Of a stretch of 59,702 nucleotides of DNA, positions 40,540 through 52,118 are shown piece by piece. How positions within the stretch are numbered: position 1 is the stretch's first letter; each line of letters begins with the position of its first letter. Source of the DNA: Calditrichota bacterium (lineage in GTDB: Bacteria > Electryoneota > AABM5-125-24 > Hatepunaeales > Hatepunaeaceae); NCBI GenBank assembly GCA_016867835.1, contig VGIQ01000003.1, forward strand, positions 1-59,702, given 5' to 3'. The notes below the pieces were generated by a model. It made no database searches. It worked only from the letters and a program-made list of their open reading frames with translations, and was not told the DNA's origin. Both the position numbers and the translations under genes were made by a program.

Positions 40540-41142
40540 GCCTCCTTTTTCGGAGTGGGCTTTGATCGACCGCTGGGCTTTGACGACGGATAGGTAAATG
40601 GCAGCCGCCGATTCAAACAGATCTTGAGCCGATTCGGCGGGGACGGCAGCAAGCAGCGTGTCCCGCTGTTCGTTAATGAAATGGGGCGTAAAGATTCCGT
40701 GAGTTTCAAAGATGTCTCCATCGCTGGCAATGGGAGACCCAGGCTGGAGGGCAAGTGAGCCGTTGTCAGGAGGTATGTGCTTGCGTTTGTTGATTTTATA
40801 CTCGATCGGTGAGATTTTCTAATCTGGAAATGAACATGTACCCCCATTCATCTCCCCGCACGTTTGTTACCCATCTCCCCAGACTATAGACCCCCGCAGA
40901 GCGGGGGGATGGAATAGGCAATCCCCTTTCAGTTCCCTCCTGCTGCGCAGTGTGGGATTACTGGATTCCCACCTGCGCGGAGTGCCCCCCTATGGTCCCC
41001 CCGCAGAGCGGTGGATGTGCGAAGAGCAACACCCATGGGTTCCCCTCTACTGTGGGGGAAAAGGGCGGACAGGGATGTCCGCCCTCCGGACGCTCCTTCC
41101 TTTCTGGATTCCCGCCTTCGCGGGAATGACGAAGGTAAACCC

Positions 41143-41913
41143 CTAACTCCCCTCGATCTGCTTTTGCTGCGGGGTGCCCATCAGCGGCTTCAGGATGTCG
41201 ATCGGAATGGGGAAGACGATCGTCGAGTTCTTTTCGGTGGCGATCTCGGTCAGCGTCTGGAGATAGCGCAACTGCAGTGCGATCGGGTCTTTCGAGATTA
41301 CCTGTGCGGCTTCAGCGAGTTTTACTGAGGCTTGCAGTTCGCCTTCGGCGTGGGTGATCTTGGCGCGACGTTCCCGCTCGGCTTCGGACTGCTTGGCCCA
41401 GGCGCGCTTCATTTCCTGTGGCAGATCGACGTGCTTGATCTCTACCGACGAAACCTTCACGCCCCACGGCTCGATATGCCGGTCGATGATTTCCTGCAGG
41501 CGGATGTTGACCTTCTCGCGCTCGGCCAGGAGTTCGTCGAGTTCGACCTGGCCGATCACCGAGCGGAGCGTCGTCTGGGCGAACTGGAGCGTCGCATAGA
41601 GGTAATTCTCGACGGCTACGATCGATTTATTAGGTTCGACGACGCGGAAGTAAATCACCGCATTGACTTGGATCGAGACATTGTCCTTGGTGATGCAGTC
41701 CTGCGGCGGGACGTCGCGCGCTTCGACCCGCAAAGATATGCGCACCATGCGGTCGATGATCGGGATCAGCAGGATGATACCCGGCCCCTTGGCGCCGATC
41801 ACACGCCCGAGCCGGAAGATGACGCCGCGCTCATACTCGTTCAGCACCTTGATGGCGCTGGCGAGGATGAAAATCGCGACGATGACGATGAAGATCGTCG
41901 GGAGGGAAATCAT
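41143..41913 (-). CDS. SPFH/band-7 (stomatin/HflKC-like) membrane protein
   Basis: N-terminal TM, then [11 protein letters not shown]...[48 protein letters not shown], typical of the PHB domain, and a C-terminal coiled coil. Confidence 0.8.
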   Translation of the reverse strand: MISLPTIFIVIVAIFILASAIKVLNEYERGVIFRLGRVIGAKGPGIILLIPIIDRMVRISLRVEARDVPPQDCITKDNVSIQVNAVIYFRVVEPNKSIVAVENYLYATLQFAQTTLRSVIGQVELDELLAEREKVNIRLQEIIDRHIEPWGVKVSSVEIKHVDLPQEMKRAWAKQSEAERERRAKITHAEGELQASVKLAEAAQVISKDPIALQLRYLQTLTEIATEKNSTIVFPIPIDILKPLMGTPQQKQIEGS

Positions 41914-41935
41914 AGGTCGTTCCTTTCTAAAGTTA

Positions 41936-42210
41936 GTCGGATTGGAATCCGACCCTACGCAAGGTAATGGTCGGATCGGAATCCGACCCTACGCGATAAG
42001 GCGGATTGGAATCCGACCCTACGCGAAACAGGACACAAATGGTCGGATCGGAATCCGACCCTACGCGATAAGGCGGATTGGAATCCGACCCTACGCGAAA
42101 CAGGACACAAATGGTCGGATTGGAATCCGACCCTACGCGATAAGGCGGATTGGAATCCGACCCTACGCGAAACACGACACAAATGGTCGGATCGGAATCC
42201 GACCCTACGC
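41936..42210. repeat. tandem array of 8 copies of a 25-nt hairpin unit GTCGGATYGGAATCCGACCCTACGC, with alternating 6-nt and 17-nt non-unique spacers (72-nt super-unit x ~3.5)
   Basis: Units at 41936, 41970, 42001, 42042, 42073, 42114, 42145 and 42186. The stem is GTCGGATT/AATCCGAC. The spacers GATAAG and GAAACAGGACACAAATG repeat identically. An inverted single copy is at 52048-52072. Confidence 0.9.
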
Positions 42211-42219
42211 GATAAGAGG

Positions 42220-43572
42220 CTAATCGGTCTGGTGGAGCGCGGTCTTCAAGACCTCCACAAACCGGTCCATTTCTTCGACTGACCGCTTTTCCGTCACGGC
42301 AATGGAGAGGCAGTTCTCCATACCCGGGTAGTCGCGGCCCGGGAGCGGTCCGGCAAGTATGCCGTGCTTGACCAAGCGCTTCTGCACGTCTGCAGCCGGT
42401 CGGGGCAGTTCGAGGAGAAACTCGCTGAAGAACTCGCCGCTAAAGCGGAGACTACAGCCGGGCAGCGCTGCGACCTTTTCAGCCAGATAGTGCGCGCCTT
42501 TGTAAGAGCTGCCCGCTGCACGGCGCAGTCCGTCCCGCCCGACGAGGCTGAGATAGACCAGTGCGCAGAGCGCAATAAGAGCCTGATTGGTGCAGATATT
42601 GGAGGTCGCCTTTTCGCGGCGGATGTGCTGCTCGCGGGTCTGAAGCGTCAGGACGAAGCCGTCGCGGCCGAGGCGGTCTTTCGCACGGGCAACGATCCGG
42701 CCCGGCATGAGGCGGACAAGGTCTTTCTTGACGGCGAAAAGCCCGAGATAAGGCCCGCCGAGCGACATCGGCACCCCGAGCGGCTGGCCTTCGGCGGTGG
42801 CGATGTCGGCTCCCCACTCGCCGGGAGGCTTGAGAAGTGCAAGCGAGGTCGGGTAGGTGGACGACACTACCAGCGCTCCGGCTTGATGGGCGGCCCGTGC
42901 ACATTCGGCTACCGGCTCCAGAAGCCCGAAGTAGTTGGGATGCTGAAGGACCAGCGCGGCGGCGCCTTCGACCGTGGGAGCGAGAGTTGTCAGGTCGATC
43001 CGGCCGTTCTTCAAGTCAAGGGTTCGGACCTCGATGCCGGTAGGGGTGCAATAGGTTGATAGCACCGCCCGGTAGTGCGGGTTGACGGAGCCTGCTACGA
43101 CGACGACCTTCCGACCGGTCTTGCGAACTGCCATCAGGGCGCCCTCGGCGAGCGCGGTGGCGCCGTCATAGTGCGAGGCGTTTGCGGCGTCCATTCCCAT
43201 CAGGCGGCAGACCATGGACTGAAATTCGTATATGGTCTGTAATGTCCCCTGCGCGACTTCGGCCTGATAGGGTGTATAAGCGGTGTAGAACTCAGACCGG
43301 CCGATGATGTGCGATATGGCGGCGGGGATATAATGGTCATAGACTCCCCCGCCGAGAAAGGAGAGCGACTCCGATGCCGGCAGGTTGGTCCCGGCCAGCG
43401 CCTTCATTTCCTTCAAAACCTCGTATTCGGTCAGCCCTGGTGGGAGGTCGAGCGGTTCGGGAAGGTGAAAGCGTTCCGGGATGACCTTGGAGAGCAATTC
43501 GTCAATTGAAGTGACGCCAATGGCGGCGAGCATCGCGGCGCGGTCGGCATCGCTGTGCGAGGTGTAATTCAA
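42220..43572 (-). CDS. gcvPA: glycine dehydrogenase (decarboxylating) subunit 1
   Basis: 450 aa. SFLGGGVYDHYIPAAI, YTPYQAEVAQGTLQTIYEFQSMVCRLMGMD. The partner gcvPB is not present in the window. Confidence 0.9.
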   Translation of the reverse strand: MNYTSHSDADRAAMLAAIGVTSIDELLSKVIPERFHLPEPLDLPPGLTEYEVLKEMKALAGTNLPASESLSFLGGGVYDHYIPAAISHIIGRSEFYTAYTPYQAEVAQGTLQTIYEFQSMVCRLMGMDAANASHYDGATALAEGALMAVRKTGRKVVVVAGSVNPHYRAVLSTYCTPTGIEVRTLDLKNGRIDLTTLAPTVEGAAALVLQHPNYFGLLEPVAECARAAHQAGALVVSSTYPTSLALLKPPGEWGADIATAEGQPLGVPMSLGGPYLGLFAVKKDLVRLMPGRIVARAKDRLGRDGFVLTLQTREQHIRREKATSNICTNQALIALCALVYLSLVGRDGLRRAAGSSYKGAHYLAEKVAALPGCSLRFSGEFFSEFLLELPRPAADVQKRLVKHGILAGPLPGRDYPGMENCLSIAVTEKRSVEEMDRFVEVLKTALHQTD

Positions 43573-43575
43573 GGA

Positions 43576-43965
43576 TCAGTGGCCTCCGGAGGCAGAGACC
43601 AGCCGGTGGTAGGTATCGGCATCGAGCAGGGTGTCGATTTCGCCCGTGTCGGCGATCTGAATCCGGATGATCCAGCCGTCGCCGTAGGGTGACTGATTGA
43701 TCAGTTCCGGCTGCTGGTCGAGCAGTCCGTTGACGGCGACGACTTCGCCCGAAATCGGGGCATAGAGGTCGGTGGCGGCCTTGACCGCTTCGATAGAGCC
43801 GAACGGCTTGCCCTGGGTGACGACGGTTCCGATATCAGGCAGATCGACGAAGACAATATCGCCCAGTTCCCCCTGGGCATAGTCCGTTATACCGACCGTG
43901 CCTTCGCCCTTTTCGGCGCGAAACCACTCGTGGTCTTTGGTGTAACGAAGTTCGGGTGGGATGTT
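43576..43965 (-). CDS. gcvH: glycine cleavage system H protein
   Basis: YTKDHEWF, and the lipoyl-lysine motif GSIEAVKAATDLYAPISGEV. Start placed at the internal MNIPPEL; the long ORF-track N-extension is low-complexity. Confidence 0.85.
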   Translation of the reverse strand, partial: NIPPELRYTKDHEWFRAEKGEGTVGITDYAQGELGDIVFVDLPDIGTVVTQGKPFGSIEAVKAATDLYAPISGEVVAVNGLLDQQPELINQSPYGDGWIIRIQIADTGEIDTLLDADTYHRLVSASGGH

Positions 43966-44068
43966 CATTGACTCCTCAAATGTTGTAATTGCTCGGGTGA
44001 GGGCGGGATAAATCCCACCCTCCAAGTAGTCTAATCGGGCGGGATGAATACCGACCTCCATGTTTCTA

Positions 44069-45399
<1,331 letters not shown>

Positions 45400-45400
<1 letters not shown>

Positions 45401-45891
45401 CAGGCCGGGTCGATGCGGAAGAGCACCTGCCCGAACTCGACCGGCTGAGCGTTTTCCACGAGCGCTTCTACGATCCGCCCTGAGACTTCGGCCTCGATCT
45501 CGTTCATCAACTTCATCGCTTCGATGATGCAGAGCACTTTGCCCGGCTTGACCTGATCGCCCGGCTGGACATAGGGCGGTGCCTCCGGCGCCGGCGCCAG
45601 ATAGAAGGTGCCGACCATCGGCGACTGGACTTCGATCAGTTTCCGTGCCGGCGCGGCGACCGGCGCAGCCGCAGTGGCATCCGGCGCAGTCGCGGGTGTA
45701 ACCGGAGCGGCAGATGCCGGCGGCATTCCCGCAGGAATCGGAAACATCGCCGGGAATGGGATCGCAGTTGCCTGCCCGGAGGTATTCGACTTGGCAATTC
45801 GGACGCGCGATTCGCCCTCTCCCAGTTCGAGTTCGGCGATGTCGCTCGACTCGACGAGTCTTACAAGCCGTTTGATGTCGGCGTAGTTCAT
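45400..45891 (-). CDS. accB: acetyl-CoA carboxylase biotin carboxyl carrier protein
   Basis: Ala/Pro-rich linker and the biotinyl-lysine motif [14 protein letters not shown]. Confidence 0.85.
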
Positions 45892-45912
45892 TTGCGGGGC
45901 CTTTCGCCCTGG

Positions 45913-46473
45913 TTAGCGGACCCGTTCGATATACTGACCGGTGCGGGTGTCAACCCGGATGCGCTCGCCGGATTCGACGAAGAGCGGCACTTGCACGGTC
46001 GCGCCGGTCTCGATCTTCGCGGGTTTGGTAACGTTCGATACTGTGTCGCCTTTGACGCCCGGCTCGCACTGGACGATCGTGTATTCGATGAAGAAGGGGA
46101 TTTCGATAGTGAGCGGCGTCTCGTCGTTGAAGGCGATCTTGACGATCTCGCCTTCCTTCAGGAAGAGCGCGGCATCGCCGACGACGGCTTCCGGCACCGC
46201 GACCTGTTCGAAGGTCTCCTGGTCCATAAACTGGAAGTGGTCGCCGTCGTGGTAGAGGAACTGCATCTGGCGCGGGTCGAGTTTGATGATCTCGATCTTT
46301 TCGCCCGAGCGAAGCGTCCGGTCGATCACCTTGCCGGTAACGATGTTCTTCAAGGTGTTGCGGACGAAGGCGCCGCCCTTGCCGGGCTTGACGTGCTGGA
46401 AATCGACGATGGTCCAGAGCCCGCCTTCAAGGTCGATGACGACGCCCTTTTTGATGTCTGCGGTAGTTGCCAT
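45913..46473 (-). CDS. efp: elongation factor P
   Basis: 186 aa. HVKPGKGGAFVRNTLKNIVTGKV with the conserved modified-Lys loop. Confidence 0.9.
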   Translation of the reverse strand: MATTADIKKGVVIDLEGGLWTIVDFQHVKPGKGGAFVRNTLKNIVTGKVIDRTLRSGEKIEIIKLDPRQMQFLYHDGDHFQFMDQETFEQVAVPEAVVGDAALFLKEGEIVKIAFNDETPLTIEIPFFIEYTIVQCEPGVKGDTVSNVTKPAKIETGATVQVPLFVESGERIRVDTRTGQYIERVR

Positions 46474-46474
46474 T

Positions 46475-46495
46475 CAGATGATGATGATGATGATG
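46475..46495. repeat. (ATG)6 / (CAT)6 trinucleotide microsatellite abutting the efp start codon
   Basis: cagATGATGATGATGATGATGct on the + strand, i.e. CATCATCATCATCATCATctga immediately 5' of the efp ATG on the minus strand. Confidence 0.9.
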
Positions 46496-46509
46496 CTAAT
46501 GCACACGGT

Positions 46510-46950
46510 TTAGGTTAAATGTTCGAGGTCATCGAGGTCGCGGTGGCGGCCGGCGGCTCGCTTGTTGGCGATCAGGCTGGCGCGGTCGATGAGGGATACC
46601 TTGATGCCATCGATCTCCACCATCTCTCGCTTCGCAAAGCAGTCGTCGAAATCGACGCCGGAGATGGAGGTCAGCAACTCGATACGCTGCGGCGGAAGCC
46701 CCATACGAATCACCTTGTTCTTCTGAACGAACGACTCCCGGTTCAAGTCCGGCAGATCGAAGCCGAATTCTCGAATTGCCAATACAATTCGATCAGCATT
46801 ATCGGGGTCGATGGCCACCCATAGGTCCATATCCCCTGTCGCGCGCGGGTAGCCGTGAACGCCGACCGCAAAGCCGCCGATGAGCAGATACCTAACTTTG
46901 TGGGAAGTCAACAACTTCAAAAATTCTTTGAAGTCGCTGCTGAGCAAGAT
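46510..46950 (-). CDS. nucleotidyltransferase-fold protein (AbiEii/DUF1814-like short NTase)
   Basis: LIGGFAVGVHGYPRATGDMDLWV (hGG.A...R.T.DhD NTase motif) and a C-terminal KRAAGRHRDLDDLEHL. The start is uncertain; a TTG near 46950 is likely given the overlap with the upstream small ORF. Confidence 0.4.
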   Translation of the reverse strand: MLLSSDFKEFLKLLTSHKVRYLLIGGFAVGVHGYPRATGDMDLWVAIDPDNADRIVLAIREFGFDLPDLNRESFVQKNKVIRMGLPPQRIELLTSISGVDFDDCFAKREMVEIDGIKVSLIDRASLIANKRAAGRHRDLDDLEHLT

Positions 46951-47098
46951 CGCCAAAGTTAACCTTGCGTAAGTATTCGATGTGCGCCAGACGCTCGGCA
47001 AAGGTGCGCGAGCGCCAGTATTCGTCCGCGTCGTCCTTGTCGTTCAGGTCGGCGACGGAGAAATGGGCGCGGGAGAGTGTTTCGGGCATAATGAACAA
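46892..47098 (-). CDS. small hypothetical protein (68 aa) overlapping the NTase-like gene; possible antitoxin-like partner
   Basis: The ORF MFIMPETLSRAHFSVADLNDKDDADEYWRS... overlaps the NTase ORF by about 100 nt in another frame. It has no recognisable domain, and its start lies inside repeat block B. Confidence 0.25.
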   Translation of the reverse strand: MFIMPETLSRAHFSVADLNDKDDADEYWRSRTFAERLAHIEYLRKVNFGDLAQQRLQRIFEVVDFPQS

Positions 47099-47145
47099 TG
47101 ACTAATGACTAATGACTAATGTTGATGCTGAGCTGATGCTGATGG
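47088..47145. repeat. stop-rich heptamer/hexamer repeat block, copy B (ATGACTA)3-ATG-N3-(ATGCTG)n
   Basis: aatgACTAATGACTAATGACTAATGttgATGCTGAGCTGATGCTGATG. About 45 nt align with copy A at 37077-37127. Confidence 0.8.
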
Positions 47146-47274
47146 GCTTCCGAAATATCACCCTGAACGAATTGAAGGGTCTCAACCGGTTGATCGCACC
47201 CCGGTAGGGCGGGAACATAGGCGGTGTAGCCGCCCTCGGGGGAGGGTTCAAGGATGATTGAAGTTTCATTGTCT

Positions 47275-48249
47275 TTATCTCTTTATATTGCCCAAGTTAA
47301 GGTATCCATCCGGCCAACCCTGGTGCTTTCTATGAAAAGGAATTTTCTTTATGATATCGCCGATTCCAATTGTCCTGATCCCCTCCGTTAACAACCATAC
47401 GAGGGATGCCGCTGCCGCCTCAACTAAAAGTATTGCTTCTTGAAGGTAGCGATACTCGGGCAGCGTGTCTTTACCCTTTTGTTTGTTGTCTGTCTTGCAG
47501 ATTTCACTCCAAAATCCTATCCACAGCGACTCTGCCCCAAAGAGTGTGTCAAGAGAAACCTTATATGGTGCGAAAGGCTTCACATAATCACCTCCATTAT
47601 TCGGGCCGTTTTCCCTTTCAATTACTGGCGAGACAAAGTACCACCACTTCGGCTGTCGCTTTGCGTGCTCTATATATCGAGTTGCGAATTCAGATGATTG
47701 ACCTAAGTATAGGCCATTTGGAGTGTTCAGCATATATAGCCCCCTTCGATCTTCGTCCAAATAACTTGGGGGTTTGCCGGTTCCAACAACTGCTTCCATT
47801 ATTGGAAGCGCTTGATATCGAAAAGAAATTCTGTATCGATGAAAATTCTCCTTTTCCGCTCTTGGATCGACCCCAATGAGTATCGCATCTCGCGCCAACA
47901 CTCTGATTCGCAAATGAGATGGCAGGTGCAAGAGGGACCAATGACTACGCCAATAAGTTGCGTCAATCAATTCCAATGGACTCGCTTTTGGATCCTTACT
48001 AAACGATCTTCGTAGCACTTGGAGTCTCTCTCGCGCTGCAGGATCCTTCAAAGGTTCTATTCCGAGTGCTATCCTCGCGTTCTGAAGATATTGGAGTGCC
48101 TCGCCTACCTTCTTCGGTGGAATAGAGGCCCATAAATACTCCCACGCCAATGAGCGCAGGAATACCCTGTCATATGGAAGAAGGGAATCAAGAGTGGTCT
48201 CGTAATTACTCGGGGATTCACCTGCGTCCTTCTTCACTCTAGCACTCAT
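47275..48249 (-). CDS. hypothetical protein (324 aa) with central GIY-YIG-like nuclease motif; low-GC gene
   Basis: RRGLYMLNTPNGLYLGQSSEFATRYIEH (GLY-x8-YLG ... R ... H) at aa 168-195, and a downstream IERENGPNNG (candidate Glu/Asn). Local GC about 45% versus about 62% background. Confidence 0.45.
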   Translation of the reverse strand: MSARVKKDAGESPSNYETTLDSLLPYDRVFLRSLAWEYLWASIPPKKVGEALQYLQNARIALGIEPLKDPAARERLQVLRRSFSKDPKASPLELIDATYWRSHWSLLHLPSHLRIRVLARDAILIGVDPRAEKENFHRYRISFRYQALPIMEAVVGTGKPPSYLDEDRRGLYMLNTPNGLYLGQSSEFATRYIEHAKRQPKWWYFVSPVIERENGPNNGGDYVKPFAPYKVSLDTLFGAESLWIGFWSEICKTDNKQKGKDTLPEYRYLQEAILLVEAAAASLVWLLTEGIRTIGIGDIIKKIPFHRKHQGWPDGYLNLGNIKR

Positions 48250-48269
48250 ACCTCCACCACCTCCTCTTT

Positions 48270-48539
48270 CTAGACGCGGACGGTTAGCGGGGTGCCGGTG
48301 GCTTTGGCGTAGAGCGCGAGCGGATCGATGTCGGCATCGTTGGGCCAGCGAATCGCGCCGAAGTCCTCGTCAATGGTAACTTGACGAAAGTATGCCGGAT
48401 CCCTGAGCGGCGCATAATAATCGCCTTCAAAACCCGTCAATTCTCCAATGTCAACCTCGCCTGATCTGCCGTTCTTGAACCAGACCTTGATCTGGTAGCC
48501 GCCGGTCAGTTCGAAGCGGGTGACGTTTCTCTTTGCCAT
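48270..48539 (-). CDS. DUF2442-family protein
   Basis: VTRFELTGGYQIKVWFKNGRSGEVDIGELTG...APLRDPAYFRQVTIDEDFGAIRWPNDADIDPLALY matches the DUF2442 pattern. Start placed at the internal MAKRNV. Confidence 0.7.
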   Translation of the reverse strand: MAKRNVTRFELTGGYQIKVWFKNGRSGEVDIGELTGFEGDYYAPLRDPAYFRQVTIDEDFGAIRWPNDADIDPLALYAKATGTPLTVRV

Positions 48540-48546
48540 CGAAATG

Positions 48547-48765
48547 CTACCGGCTGCCACCAAACACCAAATCTTCAAGCACGATTTGCCTGAAGGTCTG
48601 TTTATCTCCAAGGCGCGTGGAAGCATCGAGGATTTCAAGCCCCGCAAGATGTCCCTCGGAATCATAGTCAGCGGCTATTCCTTCAGAGAGATGCTCAGTT
48701 GTAACGGTGGCGTCCCGAAATCGAATATAGAGCGCATCGACGCGGGAGTCGTAGGTGATTTTCAT
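48547..48765 (-). CDS. DUF2283-family protein (TA-antitoxin-like)
   Basis: MKITYDSRVDALYIRF...DYDSEGHLAGLEILDAS matches the YDxxxDxLYI...GxxVGIEIL signature. Confidence 0.7.
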   Translation of the reverse strand: MKITYDSRVDALYIRFRDATVTTEHLSEGIAADYDSEGHLAGLEILDASTRLGDKQTFRQIVLEDLVFGGSR

Positions 48766-48768
48766 GAT

Positions 48769-49029
48769 TTACTCGTTGAAATAATAGGTGTATACCGTAA
48801 TGATGACAATCGTGTCGGTCTCAAGAACGAATATTGGTCGAACCTGTTTCAGATGATAACCTATCCCATTCCAAACGTCGTCGAATCTGAAATTTAGCCT
48901 GCATTCATACCGATCTGCTTTAGATTTGATCCACTCTGCAGTTCGTATTGCCTGAATAACTTCTGCAGGGTTTGTGCCTCGATGTCGCATCTGCTCAAGG
49001 GCATGTTCTGAAAACTCAATTTCCTTCAT
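48769..49029 (-). CDS. DUF4258-family protein (TA-toxin-like)
   Basis: MKEIEFSEHALEQMRHRGTNPAEVIQAI resembles the DUF4258 N-terminus. It lies 3 nt upstream of the DUF2283 gene and is AT-rich. Confidence 0.65.
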   Translation of the reverse strand: MKEIEFSEHALEQMRHRGTNPAEVIQAIRTAEWIKSKADRYECRLNFRFDDVWNGIGYHLKQVRPIFVLETDTIVIITVYTYYFNE

Positions 49030-49039
49030 TGATAGATGC

Positions 49040-51052
<2,013 letters not shown>

Positions 51053-51156
51053 TTAAATCCCAAGACTGACAATTTACACCTGCCCGGACGAAGAGGCAAC
51101 TACAGGACGGCAGATGATGGCTGTTGTGGAGAGTGATGCCATGGCCAACAGCCGGG

Positions 51157-51975
51157 TTACCGGATCAGATTCCCGATGCGCTCCCACCGGACTTTCCTGT
51201 TAAGGCGGTAGAACGGCTTGGAAGCATCGTATGAGAAGTAGATCACCAGTGCCTTGCCGATGACGTTTCGCTCCGGCAAGAAGCCCCAGTAGCGGCTATC
51301 GGCGGAGTTGTCGCGGTTGTCGCCCATCACGAAGAGGTGCCCGTCGGGGACGGTCGCCGGGCCGTAGTTGTCGCGGTTGCGCATTTCGAGGTTTTTCGGG
51401 AAGACCGCCGGCTCGACATAGTCGCGCGGGTAGGTCAACTGGCTCGTCCGCTTGGAATGCGGCGGGTCGTTAAAGGGCTGACCATCGACATAGACGATCT
51501 TCTCCCGAATTTCGACCGTTTGACCGGCGGTGGCGATGCAGCGCTTGATATAGGAGAGGTTGGGGTCGAGCGGAAACCGGAAGACGACGATGTCGCCCGA
51601 CTTTGGCTTGGCGAATCCGGGCAGCCTGGCAAAGGGGACGAAGACGCCGGCCCGGGTGAACGGAATGCCGATCCAGTCGGGCGTCCGGATGCCATAGACG
51701 AACTTGTTGACGAGTAGAAAATCGCCAACGAGCAGCGTATCCTCCATCGAACCGGTCGGAATACGAAAGGCTTCGACGATCGCCAGCCGGATCGCAAAAA
51801 CGATCAGGACAACCGAGACGACCAGTTCGATCCATTCCCGGACCGGCCCGATCCGCTTCGAACGTTCGATCTTCTTTTGCCGCCGCAATTCGCGCCAGTT
51901 CCGGTAGCGCTGCCCAAATCCGTGGTCATCGGGCGGATGAGTTTTCGTTGATGGGGAGATGTTCAAGGTTCTCAA
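51157..51975 (-). CDS. lepB: signal peptidase I
   Basis: Catalytic Ser region PTGSMEDTL, and box E GDNRDNSADSRYWGFLP. Confidence 0.85.
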   Translation of the reverse strand: MRTLNISPSTKTHPPDDHGFGQRYRNWRELRRQKKIERSKRIGPVREWIELVVSVVLIVFAIRLAIVEAFRIPTGSMEDTLLVGDFLLVNKFVYGIRTPDWIGIPFTRAGVFVPFARLPGFAKPKSGDIVVFRFPLDPNLSYIKRCIATAGQTVEIREKIVYVDGQPFNDPPHSKRTSQLTYPRDYVEPAVFPKNLEMRNRDNYGPATVPDGHLFVMGDNRDNSADSRYWGFLPERNVIGKALVIYFSYDASKPFYRLNRKVRWERIGNLIR

Positions 51976-52118
51976 ATCTTATTGCTAATCAATAGCATTG
52001 CATTGCCGGGGGCAGTTTATAGTTATCCATTCCGAGAGTTGATGTTCGCTTAGGGTCGGATTCCAATCCGACCATCCCGTCGGGCGATTTGGAAATCGCT
52101 CCTGCGCGCAGCACGATG

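Noticed and set aside
40540-40847. 103-aa ORF (40536..40847, minus strand) whose stop overlaps the RM start codon (ATGA); possible controller or coupled upstream gene
   Set aside because: Its translation is low-complexity, rich in S, P, L and R with no HTH, typical of an out-of-frame read. The RM reading frame itself stays open for about 95 codons upstream of its ATG, but that stretch contains no ATG, GTG or TTG. It is most simply a stop-poor stretch in GC-rich DNA. The N-terminus of the RM protein should still be confirmed experimentally.
40952-41146. 64-aa ORF ending ...[13 protein letters not shown], and the similar 10811..10996 ORF (...WIPACAGMTKPTN)
   Set aside because: Both are translations of the GGATTCCCGC...GCGGGAATGACGAAG REP-like palindrome (the recurrent AGMTK artefact). 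They are not genes.
41936-42210. Possible CRISPR array (regularly spaced 25-nt repeats)
   Set aside because: The spacers are only 6 and 17 nt. Just two spacer sequences recur, rather than unique protospacer-derived spacers, and the repeats vary by indels. No cas genes are nearby. An inverted copy of the unit occurs as a solitary REP elsewhere. This is a tandem REP/BIME-like array.
41663-42223. ORFs with repeating [10 protein letters not shown] / RVGFQSD peptides
   Set aside because: They arise because the 72-nt super-unit of the hairpin array is a multiple of three. They are repeat artefacts on both strands.
43966-44068. Glycine riboswitch in the gcvH leader
   Set aside because: The leader is only about 100 nt. 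It has weak resemblance (TTGGAGGG..CACCCGAGCAA) but lacks the conserved CUCUCAGGCAAAAGGAC and GGAGAG/ACCGAAGG cores. It looks like another GGGAT/ATCCC REP-type palindrome instead.
47150-47274. Possible tRNA or integration-target remnant next to repeat block B (contains GGGTTCAAGG)
   Set aside because: No cloverleaf can be drawn. There are no complementary acceptor or T stems. The region is better explained as a MITE half-copy plus GC-rich palindromes.
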